The translations under genes were made by a program, and so were the position numbers. Source: Chloroflexota bacterium (GTDB lineage Bacteria; Chloroflexota; Anaerolineae; Anaerolineales; JBFLVL01). From it: a stretch of 64,000 nucleotides of DNA. Of the stretch, positions 29,173-38,361 are shown piece by piece (the stretch's first letter is position 1; the number at the start of each line of letters is the position of its first letter). The notes under the pieces were generated by a model. That model made no database searches. It had not been told where the DNA came from and worked only from the letters and a program-made list of their open reading frames with translations. The DNA lies in the NCBI GenBank assembly GCA_040758495.1, contig JBFLVL010000014.1:17161-81160 (forward strand), given 5' to 3'.

Positions 29173-29634
29173 ATGTCTCTTTTGGAACCCAATCCCAACG
29201 CTCCTGCCGCATGGCATGGCAACCTCCCCATCACCAGCCGCTACACGTATGGATTGGCCGGTGAACGCTTCTTCCAGGCGATAAAAGAAGAAGGCCGCAT
29301 CCTGGGCAGCCAATGCCAGAAATGCAACCACATCTATGTGCCAGCCACTATCTTTTGTGAACGTTGCATGGGCGAAACGGAAGAATGGGTAGATGTGGGA
29401 ACTGTAGGCAAAGTTCACACCTTTACACTCTTGCACGAAAATTATGATGGGTCTTACCGTGAAACCCCGGAGATAGTAGCCTTTATCGCCATGGGTGATG
29501 GAGGCCTGGTTCACCGCCTGGGTGAAGTACAACCAGAGGATGTCTATATCGAAATGGAAGTAGAAGCAGTTTTCAAAGCAAAAAAGGAGCGAGAGGCATC
29601 CATTCTCGACATCCTGTATTTCAAGCCCGCTTAG
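29173..29634 (+). CDS. Zn-ribbon/OB-fold protein (DUF35 family), second copy
   Basis: CQKCNHIYVPATIFCERC ribbon plus an OB-fold-like C-terminus. Confidence 0.8.
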   Translation: MSLLEPNPNAPAAWHGNLPITSRYTYGLAGERFFQAIKEEGRILGSQCQKCNHIYVPATIFCERCMGETEEWVDVGTVGKVHTFTLLHENYDGSYRETPEIVAFIAMGDGGLVHRLGEVQPEDVYIEMEVEAVFKAKKEREASILDILYFKPA

Positions 29635-29677
29635 GTCGAGAGGTTATAAGTAGACTTCGGAAAGTCCTTAATTATTT

Positions 29678-29721
29678 GTCATTGCGAACCCCTGAGACTG
29701 CCACGCTGCGCTTGCAGTGAC
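29678..29721. repeat. GC-rich palindromic element / possible terminator
   Basis: GTCATTGC...GCAGTGAC arms flank a 28-nt loop directly after the operon. Confidence 0.4.
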
Positions 29722-29785
29722 AGGATTATTACATACTATCCGACAAATACTTATCATCTATAAATCCCAAACATAACACACTGCC

Positions 29786-30532
29786 ATGCGATTGGGCTCC
29801 CTGATCAAGAAATTTCATGGAAGGCAAATAACCCGGTTAGACGTGCTCACTCTCCTCCTGCCAGGCATGTTGGGGGTGTTAACTCCTCTGGGATATGGTG
29901 TATGGCGAGTCAATTACGCCTATACACATTATGGTCCTGTTGCCGCCAAAGCCTGGGGACAAACCTGGTTCCTTATTTCCTGTCTAGCTGCCCTGATCTT
30001 CCTGCTGCTCAGCCTGTACCGCCTGCGACTTGCTCACCAGTTCGTTGCCATCTACCAAAACGGTCTACACATCCAGCCCAAACCAGGTCGCAAGCATGTT
30101 TTGGGCTGGAAACATATCAAAGGCCTGATTATCTCCGGCACCCAGGAACGTTTCCTGGGGATTACCTGGCGGGTGCGCGAAAAAGCAACCCTGCAGTTGA
30201 TTGACGATAAAAAAATTACCCTCCCCTCCCTTCCTGGCAAAAGCGAAATGCTCGAATCCATCAAAGAAAAGCTTTATCCACACCTTCTCGAAAGCATGCA
30301 GATGGAATACCGTGCCGGAAACACCCTCTCATTTGGACAATTGACTTTTGACCAACATGGTTTACACTTACCCCACTGTTCTATGTACTGGAAAAACATC
30401 CAACAGATGCACCTAGAAAATGGAGCCCTCGTGATAAAATTGAACAACGGAAAGCAAAAATCTATTCCTGCCTCCCAGATTCCTAACCTGGAACTTCTCC
30501 TTCAACTAGTCAAACAGGGGGTATACGCGTGA
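29786..30532 (+). CDS. hypothetical membrane protein
   Basis: 248-aa ORF with two N-terminal TM helices and no known motif. Confidence 0.45.
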   Translation: MRLGSLIKKFHGRQITRLDVLTLLLPGMLGVLTPLGYGVWRVNYAYTHYGPVAAKAWGQTWFLISCLAALIFLLLSLYRLRLAHQFVAIYQNGLHIQPKPGRKHVLGWKHIKGLIISGTQERFLGITWRVREKATLQLIDDKKITLPSLPGKSEMLESIKEKLYPHLLESMQMEYRAGNTLSFGQLTFDQHGLHLPHCSMYWKNIQQMHLENGALVIKLNNGKQKSIPASQIPNLELLLQLVKQGVYA

Positions 30533-33063
30533 ACAAGACTTTTTTTCTAATATCTTCACGAACCTCAAACCGGAAATTACGCCTGCTACTGATCATCATC
30601 ACTCTCCCAGCCCTGATCAGTGTATCCTGCACCCTTTCCTTCCTTGAACTTCCCACCTCCATACCAGGGCTTTCAGTACCAACAGCCACCCAACCCCTAC
30701 CCCCCACTGCCACCCCCCTTCCCCACGCCGAAATCACCTTCCAGGTTGAAATTCCCGAAGACACACCTGCTGGATATGCCATCACGCTGGATGTCTTAGA
30801 TGAAGTTACTGGGTTGGCGATCAACCCCACCCGGTTTTCCATGGAAGCCATAGACCCACGGCATTACGCCATCGTGATCCCATTTCCCGTTAACGGTGTT
30901 GTGAAGTATCGCTACACCCGACAGGGGGCCAACCCCGCTCAAGAATACACAGCCTTGGGAGCACCCGTCAGGTATAGACTCTACTATGTTGACGGCGTAG
31001 GGGAAGTTCACGATAAGATATCCCGGTGGAGCGACACATCTTATCAGGGTTCTACCGGCAGTATCTTTGGTCAGGTCAGTGACAGCCTGACGGGGCAGCC
31101 TCTGAACAATGTCCTGGTTGTAGCGGATGGCATACAAACCTTTTCTTCCTCCGAGGGGTACTTCCAATTAAAAGGGATTTCCCCGGGTACGCACACCATC
31201 GTTGCTTACACACTGGACGGAAGTTATAAACCTTTCCGACAAGAAGCCATCGTCGCTTCAGGTGCTGCGACTCCAGCCACACTCCGTATGCAGGCGGCTC
31301 CTTTGGTCAACATCGTCTTCACTGTTCAAATCCCCTCCGGTACCACCCCCGGAGTTCCCATTCGCATGGCGGGTAACCTCTACCAATTGGGCAACACCTT
31401 TGCGGACCTCAACGGGGGATTGTCCACTATTGCCTCACGCATGCCCGTACTCTCCCCTCTCCCTGACGGACGCTACACAATTACATTGGCCTTGTACGCT
31501 GGAACCCATCTCCGCTACAAATATACGTTGGGTGATGGGCTGTGGAATTCCGAACATTCCAAAGAAGGTATGTTTAAATTGCGCGAGCTGGTCGTACCAG
31601 AAGCGAACACCCTCATCGAAGATTACATCGAGTCCTGGCAGGCAGGCGACTCTGCTCCCATCTGGTTCGACCTCACCGTGCCGGATAACACGCCCTCCAC
31701 CGATTTCATATCCATCCAATTCCGCCCTGGGGCCTGGACGGAGCCATTGCCCATGTGGCCCGCAGGTGCAAACCGCTGGTTATACCAGTTGCTCAGTCCC
31801 TTAGATATGCTGGGCACTTTTGGTTACCGCTACTGCCGAAATGACCAGTGCGGTGTGGCTGACGATGTGGTTACCCGTGACCCGAATACAACCGGTCGTC
31901 CGGTAGCTAGCAGTATCATCCTGCAAACACTGGATGATGAAATCAGTGAGTGGTTTTTATACACACCCAGCGGTGCACAAACCACCATCCAGGCAGGAAA
32001 CATCATCACCCGCGACTCGTTTATAGCAGGCATAGAGCTGCAACCGTATTACCACCCCTCCTGGCTGAACCGTATGCCATTGATTTTAAACACCCTGCGC
32101 AACCAGGGAGCGAATCAAATCATACTCACCCCCACGTGGACCTACACTAACCAAAACCCGTTAACCTTTCAGCTACAACCCACCCATGATCCATTAGCTG
32201 CTGACCTGGTATACATCATCTCTCGCAGTCAAGCGGTTGGATTGCAAACCACCCTTTTCCCTCAAGCCTATTTTCCAGCGGATATGGGTTCCTGGTGGCA
32301 AACCTCTCCCCGGGATGCTGCCTGGTGGGATGAATGGTTTGCCAGCTATCGCACGTTTATCATCCATTTTGCCAACATTGCCGCCAAGCAAAACGTAGGC
32401 TCCCTGATTCTTGGTGGGGATTGGTTAGCACCCGCTCTCCCGGGTGGCACCTTACAAGATGGCAGCCCTTCTGGCGTCCCGGCTGATGCCGCCAACCGCT
32501 GGAGCCAGATCATACAAGAGGTGCGGACACGGTTCAACGGAACGCTGTCCTGGGCATTATCCTATCCCGAAGACATCGAACAGCCCTTGCCCTTCCTTGA
32601 CAAAATAGATGAGATTTATCTCCTGTGGTCAGCACGCCTGGCTTCGAATACGAATGCCACCATCGGGGAGATGACCGAGGAGGCAGGGCGCCTGCTGGAT
32701 AGTGACGTACTACCTTTTCTATCTCAGGTGAACAAACCTCTGGTGTTAGCAATTGCCTACCCTTCTGCCGATGGCGGGATAACCGGCTGTCTCCCCTCGC
32801 CTTTTGGTCCATGTCTGAATTTAGAAATGCTCAGCCCTCCCAATCCAGACATCCCCAACATCCACCTGGACCTACAAGAACAGGCAGAGGCATACAACGC
32901 AATGCTTATGGCAGTAAACAGCCGGGATTGGATTCGAGGTTTTATCTCCCGTGGCTATTATCCCCCCGCTATCCTGCAAGATAAATCTACCTCCATTCAC
33001 GGAAAACCGGCCGCAGAGGTGATCAGCTACTGGTATCCTCGCATCCTGGGCACCGTTCCTTAA
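30529..33063 (+). CDS. large secreted multidomain protein (carbohydrate-binding-like beta domains + C-terminal TIM-barrel-like region)
   Basis: N-terminal TM/signal segment, a CarboxypepD_reg-like segment (GSIFGQV.D..TGQPL..V.V) and CBM20-like segments. The hydrolase assignment is tentative. Confidence 0.5.
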   Translation: MNKTFFLISSRTSNRKLRLLLIIITLPALISVSCTLSFLELPTSIPGLSVPTATQPLPPTATPLPHAEITFQVEIPEDTPAGYAITLDVLDEVTGLAINPTRFSMEAIDPRHYAIVIPFPVNGVVKYRYTRQGANPAQEYTALGAPVRYRLYYVDGVGEVHDKISRWSDTSYQGSTGSIFGQVSDSLTGQPLNNVLVVADGIQTFSSSEGYFQLKGISPGTHTIVAYTLDGSYKPFRQEAIVASGAATPATLRMQAAPLVNIVFTVQIPSGTTPGVPIRMAGNLYQLGNTFADLNGGLSTIASRMPVLSPLPDGRYTITLALYAGTHLRYKYTLGDGLWNSEHSKEGMFKLRELVVPEANTLIEDYIESWQAGDSAPIWFDLTVPDNTPSTDFISIQFRPGAWTEPLPMWPAGANRWLYQLLSPLDMLGTFGYRYCRNDQCGVADDVVTRDPNTTGRPVASSIILQTLDDEISEWFLYTPSGAQTTIQAGNIITRDSFIAGIELQPYYHPSWLNRMPLILNTLRNQGANQIILTPTWTYTNQNPLTFQLQPTHDPLAADLVYIISRSQAVGLQTTLFPQAYFPADMGSWWQTSPRDAAWWDEWFASYRTFIIHFANIAAKQNVGSLILGGDWLAPALPGGTLQDGSPSGVPADAANRWSQIIQEVRTRFNGTLSWALSYPEDIEQPLPFLDKIDEIYLLWSARLASNTNATIGEMTEEAGRLLDSDVLPFLSQVNKPLVLAIAYPSADGGITGCLPSPFGPCLNLEMLSPPNPDIPNIHLDLQEQAEAYNAMLMAVNSRDWIRGFISRGYYPPAILQDKSTSIHGKPAAEVISYWYPRILGTVP

Positions 33064-33098
33064 CCAAACACGAGTCAACATGTTATAATACCAAAACC

Positions 33099-33548
33099 AT
33101 GAACACCCTGGCTTCACAACACCCCGCACCCGAAGGTGCACCCTCTGTACCTTCACCCCAGGAAGTGAAAAAGCAACGACAGGTCATCGCGGGAATTGTG
33201 CTTGGTTGCCTGATCCTCATCGCTATCGTGGTGGTCAGTGTCATCTTTTTACTTCAGGACGCCGCCCGAACAGAAAAAATACGCGATATCTTCATCATCT
33301 TTATGGCACTAGAATCGTTGTTGATTGGTCTAAGTCTGGTTGTTCTAATGGTGCAAATTGCCCGATTGATTAACCTGCTGCAGAATGAAGTCACCCCCAT
33401 CCTGGAATCCACTCAAGAAGCTGTCAACACCCTGCGCGGGACGGGTGAATTCCTGAGCAACACGTTGGTAGAACCTGTCATTAAACTCAATGAATATCTG
33501 GCTGTACTCCAACGACTATTAACCTTCATCAAGATAATCAAAAAGTAA
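33099..33548 (+). CDS. DUF948-like membrane/coiled-coil protein
   Basis: Single TM helix plus a helical C-terminus, paired with a YtxH-like gene as in Firmicutes. Confidence 0.5.
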   Translation: MNTLASQHPAPEGAPSVPSPQEVKKQRQVIAGIVLGCLILIAIVVVSVIFLLQDAARTEKIRDIFIIFMALESLLIGLSLVVLMVQIARLINLLQNEVTPILESTQEAVNTLRGTGEFLSNTLVEPVIKLNEYLAVLQRLLTFIKIIKK

Positions 33549-33580
33549 AACCTCACTATTCGAGGCAAGGAGAGTGTAAC

Positions 33581-33940
33581 ATGTCTGAAAAAGGAAGTGA
33601 ATTTGGTGCATTTCTGACCGGTTTTCTAATCGGTGGATTGGTTGGAGCCGCGGTGGGTTTGCTCCTGGCTCCCCAATCGGGAGAGGAAACACGAGCACTC
33701 ATCAAAGAAAAAGGCATAGAACTGAAAGATAAAGCCGTGGAGACGGCTGAGGAAGCTCGTGCCCGAGCCGAGGAATTCACCAGACAGGCCCGTGAGCAGG
33801 CAATTGAACTGCAAAAGCGTGGTCAGGCTGCCTTCGAGGAAAAAAAGGGTCAGCTTGAAAAAGCGATAAAAGATACCAAGGAAACAGTCAAGAAGAAGAC
33901 CAAAAAAGCCGCACCCCCCACCGAAGAAGCTGCAGCCTGA
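33581..33940 (+). CDS. YtxH domain protein
   Basis: GFLIGGLVGAAVGLLLAPQSGEETR is the hallmark YtxH N-terminus. Confidence 0.75.
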   Translation: MSEKGSEFGAFLTGFLIGGLVGAAVGLLLAPQSGEETRALIKEKGIELKDKAVETAEEARARAEEFTRQAREQAIELQKRGQAAFEEKKGQLEKAIKDTKETVKKKTKKAAPPTEEAAA

Positions 33941-34055
33941 AAAAAACACCTCAAGTTGATATGTAGATATAAGCTCTCGGGCTTTAACTGAACTCTTTAC
34001 AAAACCTGCTTGAGTTTGAGGTTCTATTTCATATTAGGTATCATCAAGAGGCAAA

Positions 34056-34991
34056 ATGGCGGGAAACGCACCTAAGATAAAGAATGCGAAGAAATCGAGG
34101 AAGAAAAAGGACGAGCTAACTCAAATTAATGAGCAGATAGAGAGCCTAATCAAGAAATGGATTGAGGTGCGCGACGGTATTCCCTGCTTGTCTCTTCTTA
34201 TTGACCCGCGCTTAATTGACGCAACCCTGATTGATGACGTATACGATGAATTACGAGAAAATTTCACAGAAGATGATGGAAGATTGGATGTCATAGTACA
34301 TTCCGGCGGCGGCGACATAGATGCGGCGTATAATTTGGCTCAACTGCTACGGCGTTATGGAAGCAAGCATTTAGCATTCATTGTGCCAAGATGGGCAAAG
34401 AGTGCCGCCACAATGTTGGTTTGTGCTGGAGACAAGATATTGATGACGCCGGTGGCAGAGTTGGGCCCTCTCGACCCTCAGATAACAGAGATGAACCCCC
34501 TCGAGGGTAGATTGGAACGATTTTCTCCATTACATATTGACTCTACACTGCAGCTAATTCGAGATGAGTATTCCAGCGGCAATGCCAAATTAGCTGAGGG
34601 TTTATTGCAACGATTACAATTTCCGTTAACGCTTGGCAAATATCGATGGGCAATTAAAATCGGTAGAGAGTATATTACAAAGCTTCTTTCTTCTAGAATG
34701 CTCAAGAACAAGAAGGATGTGGTCGAGGATATTGCCCAAAACTTGACGACCGGTTTTGCTGACCATGCTTACTGTATTGGCCTTGAAGAAGCGCAAAAAT
34801 TGGGCTTGGCTGCAGAAGAATTGACCAAAGAACAAACTGATATAATATGGAAGCTTTACAGATTAGCAGAGCGGAGACACGAACTGATTAAGAAAAAACG
34901 TGAGGAAAAAACTAGAAAAAGATTGAGGGATTTACCCCCAGAAATAAGAGAGTTGATTCCTGACCTGATTGACCAAAGGAAAAAAGAATAG
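34056..34991 (+). CDS. ClpP/SppA-fold serine protease (SDH-type)
   Basis: DVIVHSGGGDIDAAYNLAQLLR...PRWAKSAATMLVCAGDKILMTPVAELGPLDPQ, with a Lys-rich N-terminus. Visibly AT-rich compared with its flanks. Confidence 0.7.
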   Translation: MAGNAPKIKNAKKSRKKKDELTQINEQIESLIKKWIEVRDGIPCLSLLIDPRLIDATLIDDVYDELRENFTEDDGRLDVIVHSGGGDIDAAYNLAQLLRRYGSKHLAFIVPRWAKSAATMLVCAGDKILMTPVAELGPLDPQITEMNPLEGRLERFSPLHIDSTLQLIRDEYSSGNAKLAEGLLQRLQFPLTLGKYRWAIKIGREYITKLLSSRMLKNKKDVVEDIAQNLTTGFADHAYCIGLEEAQKLGLAAEELTKEQTDIIWKLYRLAERRHELIKKKREEKTRKRLRDLPPEIRELIPDLIDQRKKE

Positions 34992-35003
34992 CAGGAGAGA
35001 AAT

Positions 35004-35231
35004 ATGACTGGTCAAAACAAAGCGATTCTAGGTATGGCAGCTGCTCTTCTCTTGAAGGATGGCAAGTTGTCTGTTCGCGACATTGAGACACTCCCACTCG
35101 TTGATAGTGAGGAGTTGGCTTGGGCAGTCGCGTTAAGTTTATATAATCGCTTTGATTTGGAATTGGATCAAGATGTGCTTCGCCTGAAAACCGAGACGCT
35201 CATTCCAAAAAGGGCTATAAAGTCCATGTAA
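35004..35231 (+). CDS. hypothetical 75-aa protein
   Basis: ORF 12 nt downstream of the protease gene, followed by a strong terminator. No motif. Confidence 0.4.
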   Translation: MTGQNKAILGMAAALLLKDGKLSVRDIETLPLVDSEELAWAVALSLYNRFDLELDQDVLRLKTETLIPKRAIKSM

Positions 35232-35252
35232 TGTTACATCAGCATAAAAAAA

Positions 35253-35276
35253 CCCTCTTTGAGAGGGCTTTTTTTA
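35253..35276 (+). terminator. rho-independent (bidirectional-looking) terminator
   Basis: A-run, CCCTCT-TTG-AGAGGG stem, then CTTTTTTT. Confidence 0.7.
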
Positions 35277-35280
35277 TTGA

Positions 35281-35640
35281 CAGGGGTTTCGATACGATCC
35301 TCGCCTCCGGCTCGCTCCCCATTCGGGGGACAGGCCCCCATGGGGGCAGGGATCACTCGACCCGCGATGTCCTGTTGGTCGAGTGTGCCCGAAGAGCCCC
35401 GCAGGGGCACGAAGGGCATGTATCGAGACCCTTGGGTCGAGTAGCGCAGCGTATCGAGACCAACCACGGATAGGGCTTCGGTCTCGCTTGCCCTCCTTGC
35501 GAGGGCAGGCCAAACCGCAAGGGCAGGTGATACGTCCTTCGACTACGGCGCTGCGCGCCTCCGCTCAGGATGAATAACATTGCTGTCTCGGGTTCCCTTG
35601 CTACAGAGGCAGGGGACACTCGACCCGCTGGTTTCTTTCG
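35281..35640. repeat. GC-rich mini-hairpin repeat tract (non-coding)
   Basis: Many 4-9-bp GC stems (GCCCCC-atg-GGGGC, GCCCC-gca-GGGGC, GCCCTC-cttgc-GAGGGC, CACTCGACC..GGTCGAGTG). Internal direct repeats: GTATCGAGACC x2 and CACTCGACCCGC x2. Confidence 0.5.
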
Positions 35641-35662
35641 CCAGGTGCATAACTCCCAAAGC

Positions 35663-37276
35663 TTAGCCCAATTCGCTCATCACTTCGACTACGGCCTCCA
35701 ACACATCTCCCGCCAACACGGAGGCGGTGTTGCCAAACAGCTCCGCAGCTCGCAGGCCGGCTTGCGCATGTATCCAGGCTCCAGCCACAGCCGCCGGATA
35801 TGCCTCCACACCCTGGGCGCGCAAACCGAGGATCAATCCCGCCAGAACATCACCTGTGCCAGCTCGCGCCAGGGCAGGTGTGGCTACCGGCACTACCGTG
35901 CTTTCACCTTCCGGTGAAGCGATAACCGTGAAGGCTCCCTTGAGCAAGACGACATGCCCCCATTGTCGGGCAAAGTGCTCAGCAACCTCTATCCGTTGAG
36001 CTTGTATTTCCTCAACGGGAAGACCTGTCAATACCGACATCTCTCCTGGATGAGGGGTGAGCACAGCGGGCTTAGGGAGGCCATCCACCCATTTGGTTAT
36101 TCGGGCCAGCAATTTCAACCCATCCGCATCTACAACCAACGGAGGGAGCTCAAGGCCCTCGGCAGACCTGACCCTCTCCTGCGATGAAGTAAAACCGATG
36201 CCATGACCGGGTTCCACGCCGATCATCCGGGCGAGAAATTTTCGGGTGGCATCCTCCAGCCCCAGCCCCGGACCCACCAGCATGGCCGTCACTCGCTCCA
36301 GGTTTTCATGCACCAGGGGAACGGCTTCTTCGGCGATTACTCCCATCTCATGAGGTAACAATAGCCAGGTCGCCTCTGGAAAGCTGCCCGCCAGGGCGGC
36401 GTGCAACGGCGTAGGGACAGCCAATGTCACCCAGCCAGCACCCACACGAAAGGCTGCCTCCCCAGCCAAATGGGCTGCTCCGGTAAAGTTCACCGAACCG
36501 GCCACGACCATGGCCCGGCCAAATGTACCCTTGTGCGCATCCAGCGGTCGTTCAGGCAAGCTGTCCATGACTCCCTCAGCATCGGCTACAAAGCGGTTAA
36601 TTGCCTGCCAGGGTTTTAGCTCGGCATCCAGACCAATGTCCACCACGCGCAGTTCTCCCAGGTAGCGGTAAGCCGGAAGTTTAAGCATGCCACGTTTGAC
36701 GGCTGCCATGCTTACGGTCAGGTCAGCAGGGATCGTTTCGGGGGCCACCTCACCCGAATCGCAATCCATCCCCGAGGGGCAGTCCACTGCAACCACTAGC
36801 GGTGGCTCCTCCATGGCAAACAAGGTCCTGCCTACCGCTTCGAGAATAACCGCCACCTCGTCCTTTAGAGGCAGTTGGATGCCCGTACCCAACACACCAT
36901 CCAGGAGCACAGCCGGACTTTGAACCGAAGCGATCAAACGTTTTAAATTTTTATCCTCCATGATGGAGAGCAATACACCCCCAGCTTTTTCCAACCGTTT
37001 CAGTAAGGGGTCATCCGCGGGACGTGAACGAACCACATAGGCGGTCGCTGGCCAGCCATCTTCGGCCAGATAGCTCAACGCTACCAGTGTGTCTCCTCCA
37101 TTATTTCCGGACCCTACCAAGGCAAGTATGCCTCCCTTTTTCAGATGTCCGAATTCTTCCTGGATTACCTCAGCCAGCCCGCGTCCGGCGTTCTCCATCA
37201 TGGCCGCGTAGGTCAAGCCGGACTTATCCGCAGCTCGTTCGATTTCCAACATCTCAGATACAGATACAAGTTTCAT
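35663..37276 (-). CDS. nnr: bifunctional NAD(P)H-hydrate repair enzyme (epimerase/dehydratase)
   Basis: YjeF_N (GSGNNGGD) and a C-terminal carbohydrate-kinase domain (GTGDVLAG). Alternative start at 37288. Confidence 0.85.
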   Translation of the reverse strand: MKLVSVSEMLEIERAADKSGLTYAAMMENAGRGLAEVIQEEFGHLKKGGILALVGSGNNGGDTLVALSYLAEDGWPATAYVVRSRPADDPLLKRLEKAGGVLLSIMEDKNLKRLIASVQSPAVLLDGVLGTGIQLPLKDEVAVILEAVGRTLFAMEEPPLVVAVDCPSGMDCDSGEVAPETIPADLTVSMAAVKRGMLKLPAYRYLGELRVVDIGLDAELKPWQAINRFVADAEGVMDSLPERPLDAHKGTFGRAMVVAGSVNFTGAAHLAGEAAFRVGAGWVTLAVPTPLHAALAGSFPEATWLLLPHEMGVIAEEAVPLVHENLERVTAMLVGPGLGLEDATRKFLARMIGVEPGHGIGFTSSQERVRSAEGLELPPLVVDADGLKLLARITKWVDGLPKPAVLTPHPGEMSVLTGLPVEEIQAQRIEVAEHFARQWGHVVLLKGAFTVIASPEGESTVVPVATPALARAGTGDVLAGLILGLRAQGVEAYPAAVAGAWIHAQAGLRAAELFGNTASVLAGDVLEAVVEVMSELG

Positions 37277-37395
37277 ATGGATTTCCATTAAGGGGTCGGG
37301 GTTTTAGCATGCTCGACCCATTGGAAAGGCTTTCCCAACGTTTTCCCCTTCGATCCAAAAGGTGAGGGACGAGAAACTGTAAAAATCACCTTACT

Positions 37396-38361
37396 TTACA
37401 ACCTGCGCTCTACAATATAATCCGTAAGTTCAACGAGCGCTTGGCGTTCTCTTACTGCGGGCATACGCGCCAGATATTCCTGACCCCGGCGGACAAAACC
37501 TCTCGCTTCCTCAATCACCCTTTCTATGGCTCCGCTTTGGCAAATGTTTGTGACCAGAATCCCTATGCGTTCTTCCTCCAGCTTTTCTCCAGCGAGCAGA
37601 GCACGAACCTCAAGATCGTCTTGATGATCTTCGTAGTAGTATAGCGTGGGTAAGGTGACGATGGACTGGCGCAGATCGCTCCCCACCGGTTTGCCAACCT
37701 GACCCTGGTCACCAATAAAGTCAAGGACATCATCTACGATCTGAAAGGCCATGCCAATTTGGTAACCATAACCTTTCATGTCGGTGGCTGTCTGTTCGGC
37801 CAGGGGGCTGAGCATGGCTACAGCTTCGGTTGACATCTCAAACAACGAAGCCGTCTTGGCATATATGCGTTGATAATAGCTCTCCTGATCACGGACGATG
37901 CGCGCATTGAACAACTGAGTGATCTCTCCATCAACGATGGTCGCCAGCGTACGGGCAAAACTGTGCATGAGGGGGACATGGTTGATGTTGGCAGCCACCG
38001 AAGCGGCGCGCGAAAAGATGTAATCACCGGTAAGCACGGTCGCCGCGGAAGACCATTTGGAGTTCAGTGTAGGAATGCCCCGACGGAACATGGCCCCATC
38101 AATCAGATCATCATGCACCAGGGTAGCCGTATGCAGAAGTTCAATGGAGGCCGCCAGGTTGATGAGCTGTTCGTCACCTACACCCAGCATCCGCCCGCTG
38201 AGCAAGGTAACCGCGGGCCGAATACGCTTCCCTCCAGATGACAAGAGATGTTTCAGGGCGGCGTTTAATTCAGGGTGGTATCCATCCCCTTCAGCCAGCA
38301 TGCGCTTCTCAACCTGCTGAAGCAGGGATTCAATGGGAGCGAAAAATCGTACTGTGTTCAA
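37396..38361 (-). CDS. polyprenyl diphosphate synthase
   Basis: First and second Asp-rich motifs: LVHDDLID and FQIVDDVLD. Confidence 0.85.
   Translation of the reverse strand: MNTVRFFAPIESLLQQVEKRMLAEGDGYHPELNAALKHLLSSGGKRIRPAVTLLSGRMLGVGDEQLINLAASIELLHTATLVHDDLIDGAMFRRGIPTLNSKWSSAATVLTGDYIFSRAASVAANINHVPLMHSFARTLATIVDGEITQLFNARIVRDQESYYQRIYAKTASLFEMSTEAVAMLSPLAEQTATDMKGYGYQIGMAFQIVDDVLDFIGDQGQVGKPVGSDLRQSIVTLPTLYYYEDHQDDLEVRALLAGEKLEEERIGILVTNICQSGAIERVIEEARGFVRRGQEYLARMPAVRERQALVELTDYIVERRL

Noticed and set aside
35231-35619. Five overlapping 60-90-aa ORFs on both strands, and the idea that the repeats form a CRISPR array.
   Set aside because: The ORFs are Gly/Arg/Pro-rich read-throughs of GC hairpins. 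The repeats are short, heterogeneous, palindromic and irregularly spaced. There are no constant repeat/spacer units and no cas genes.
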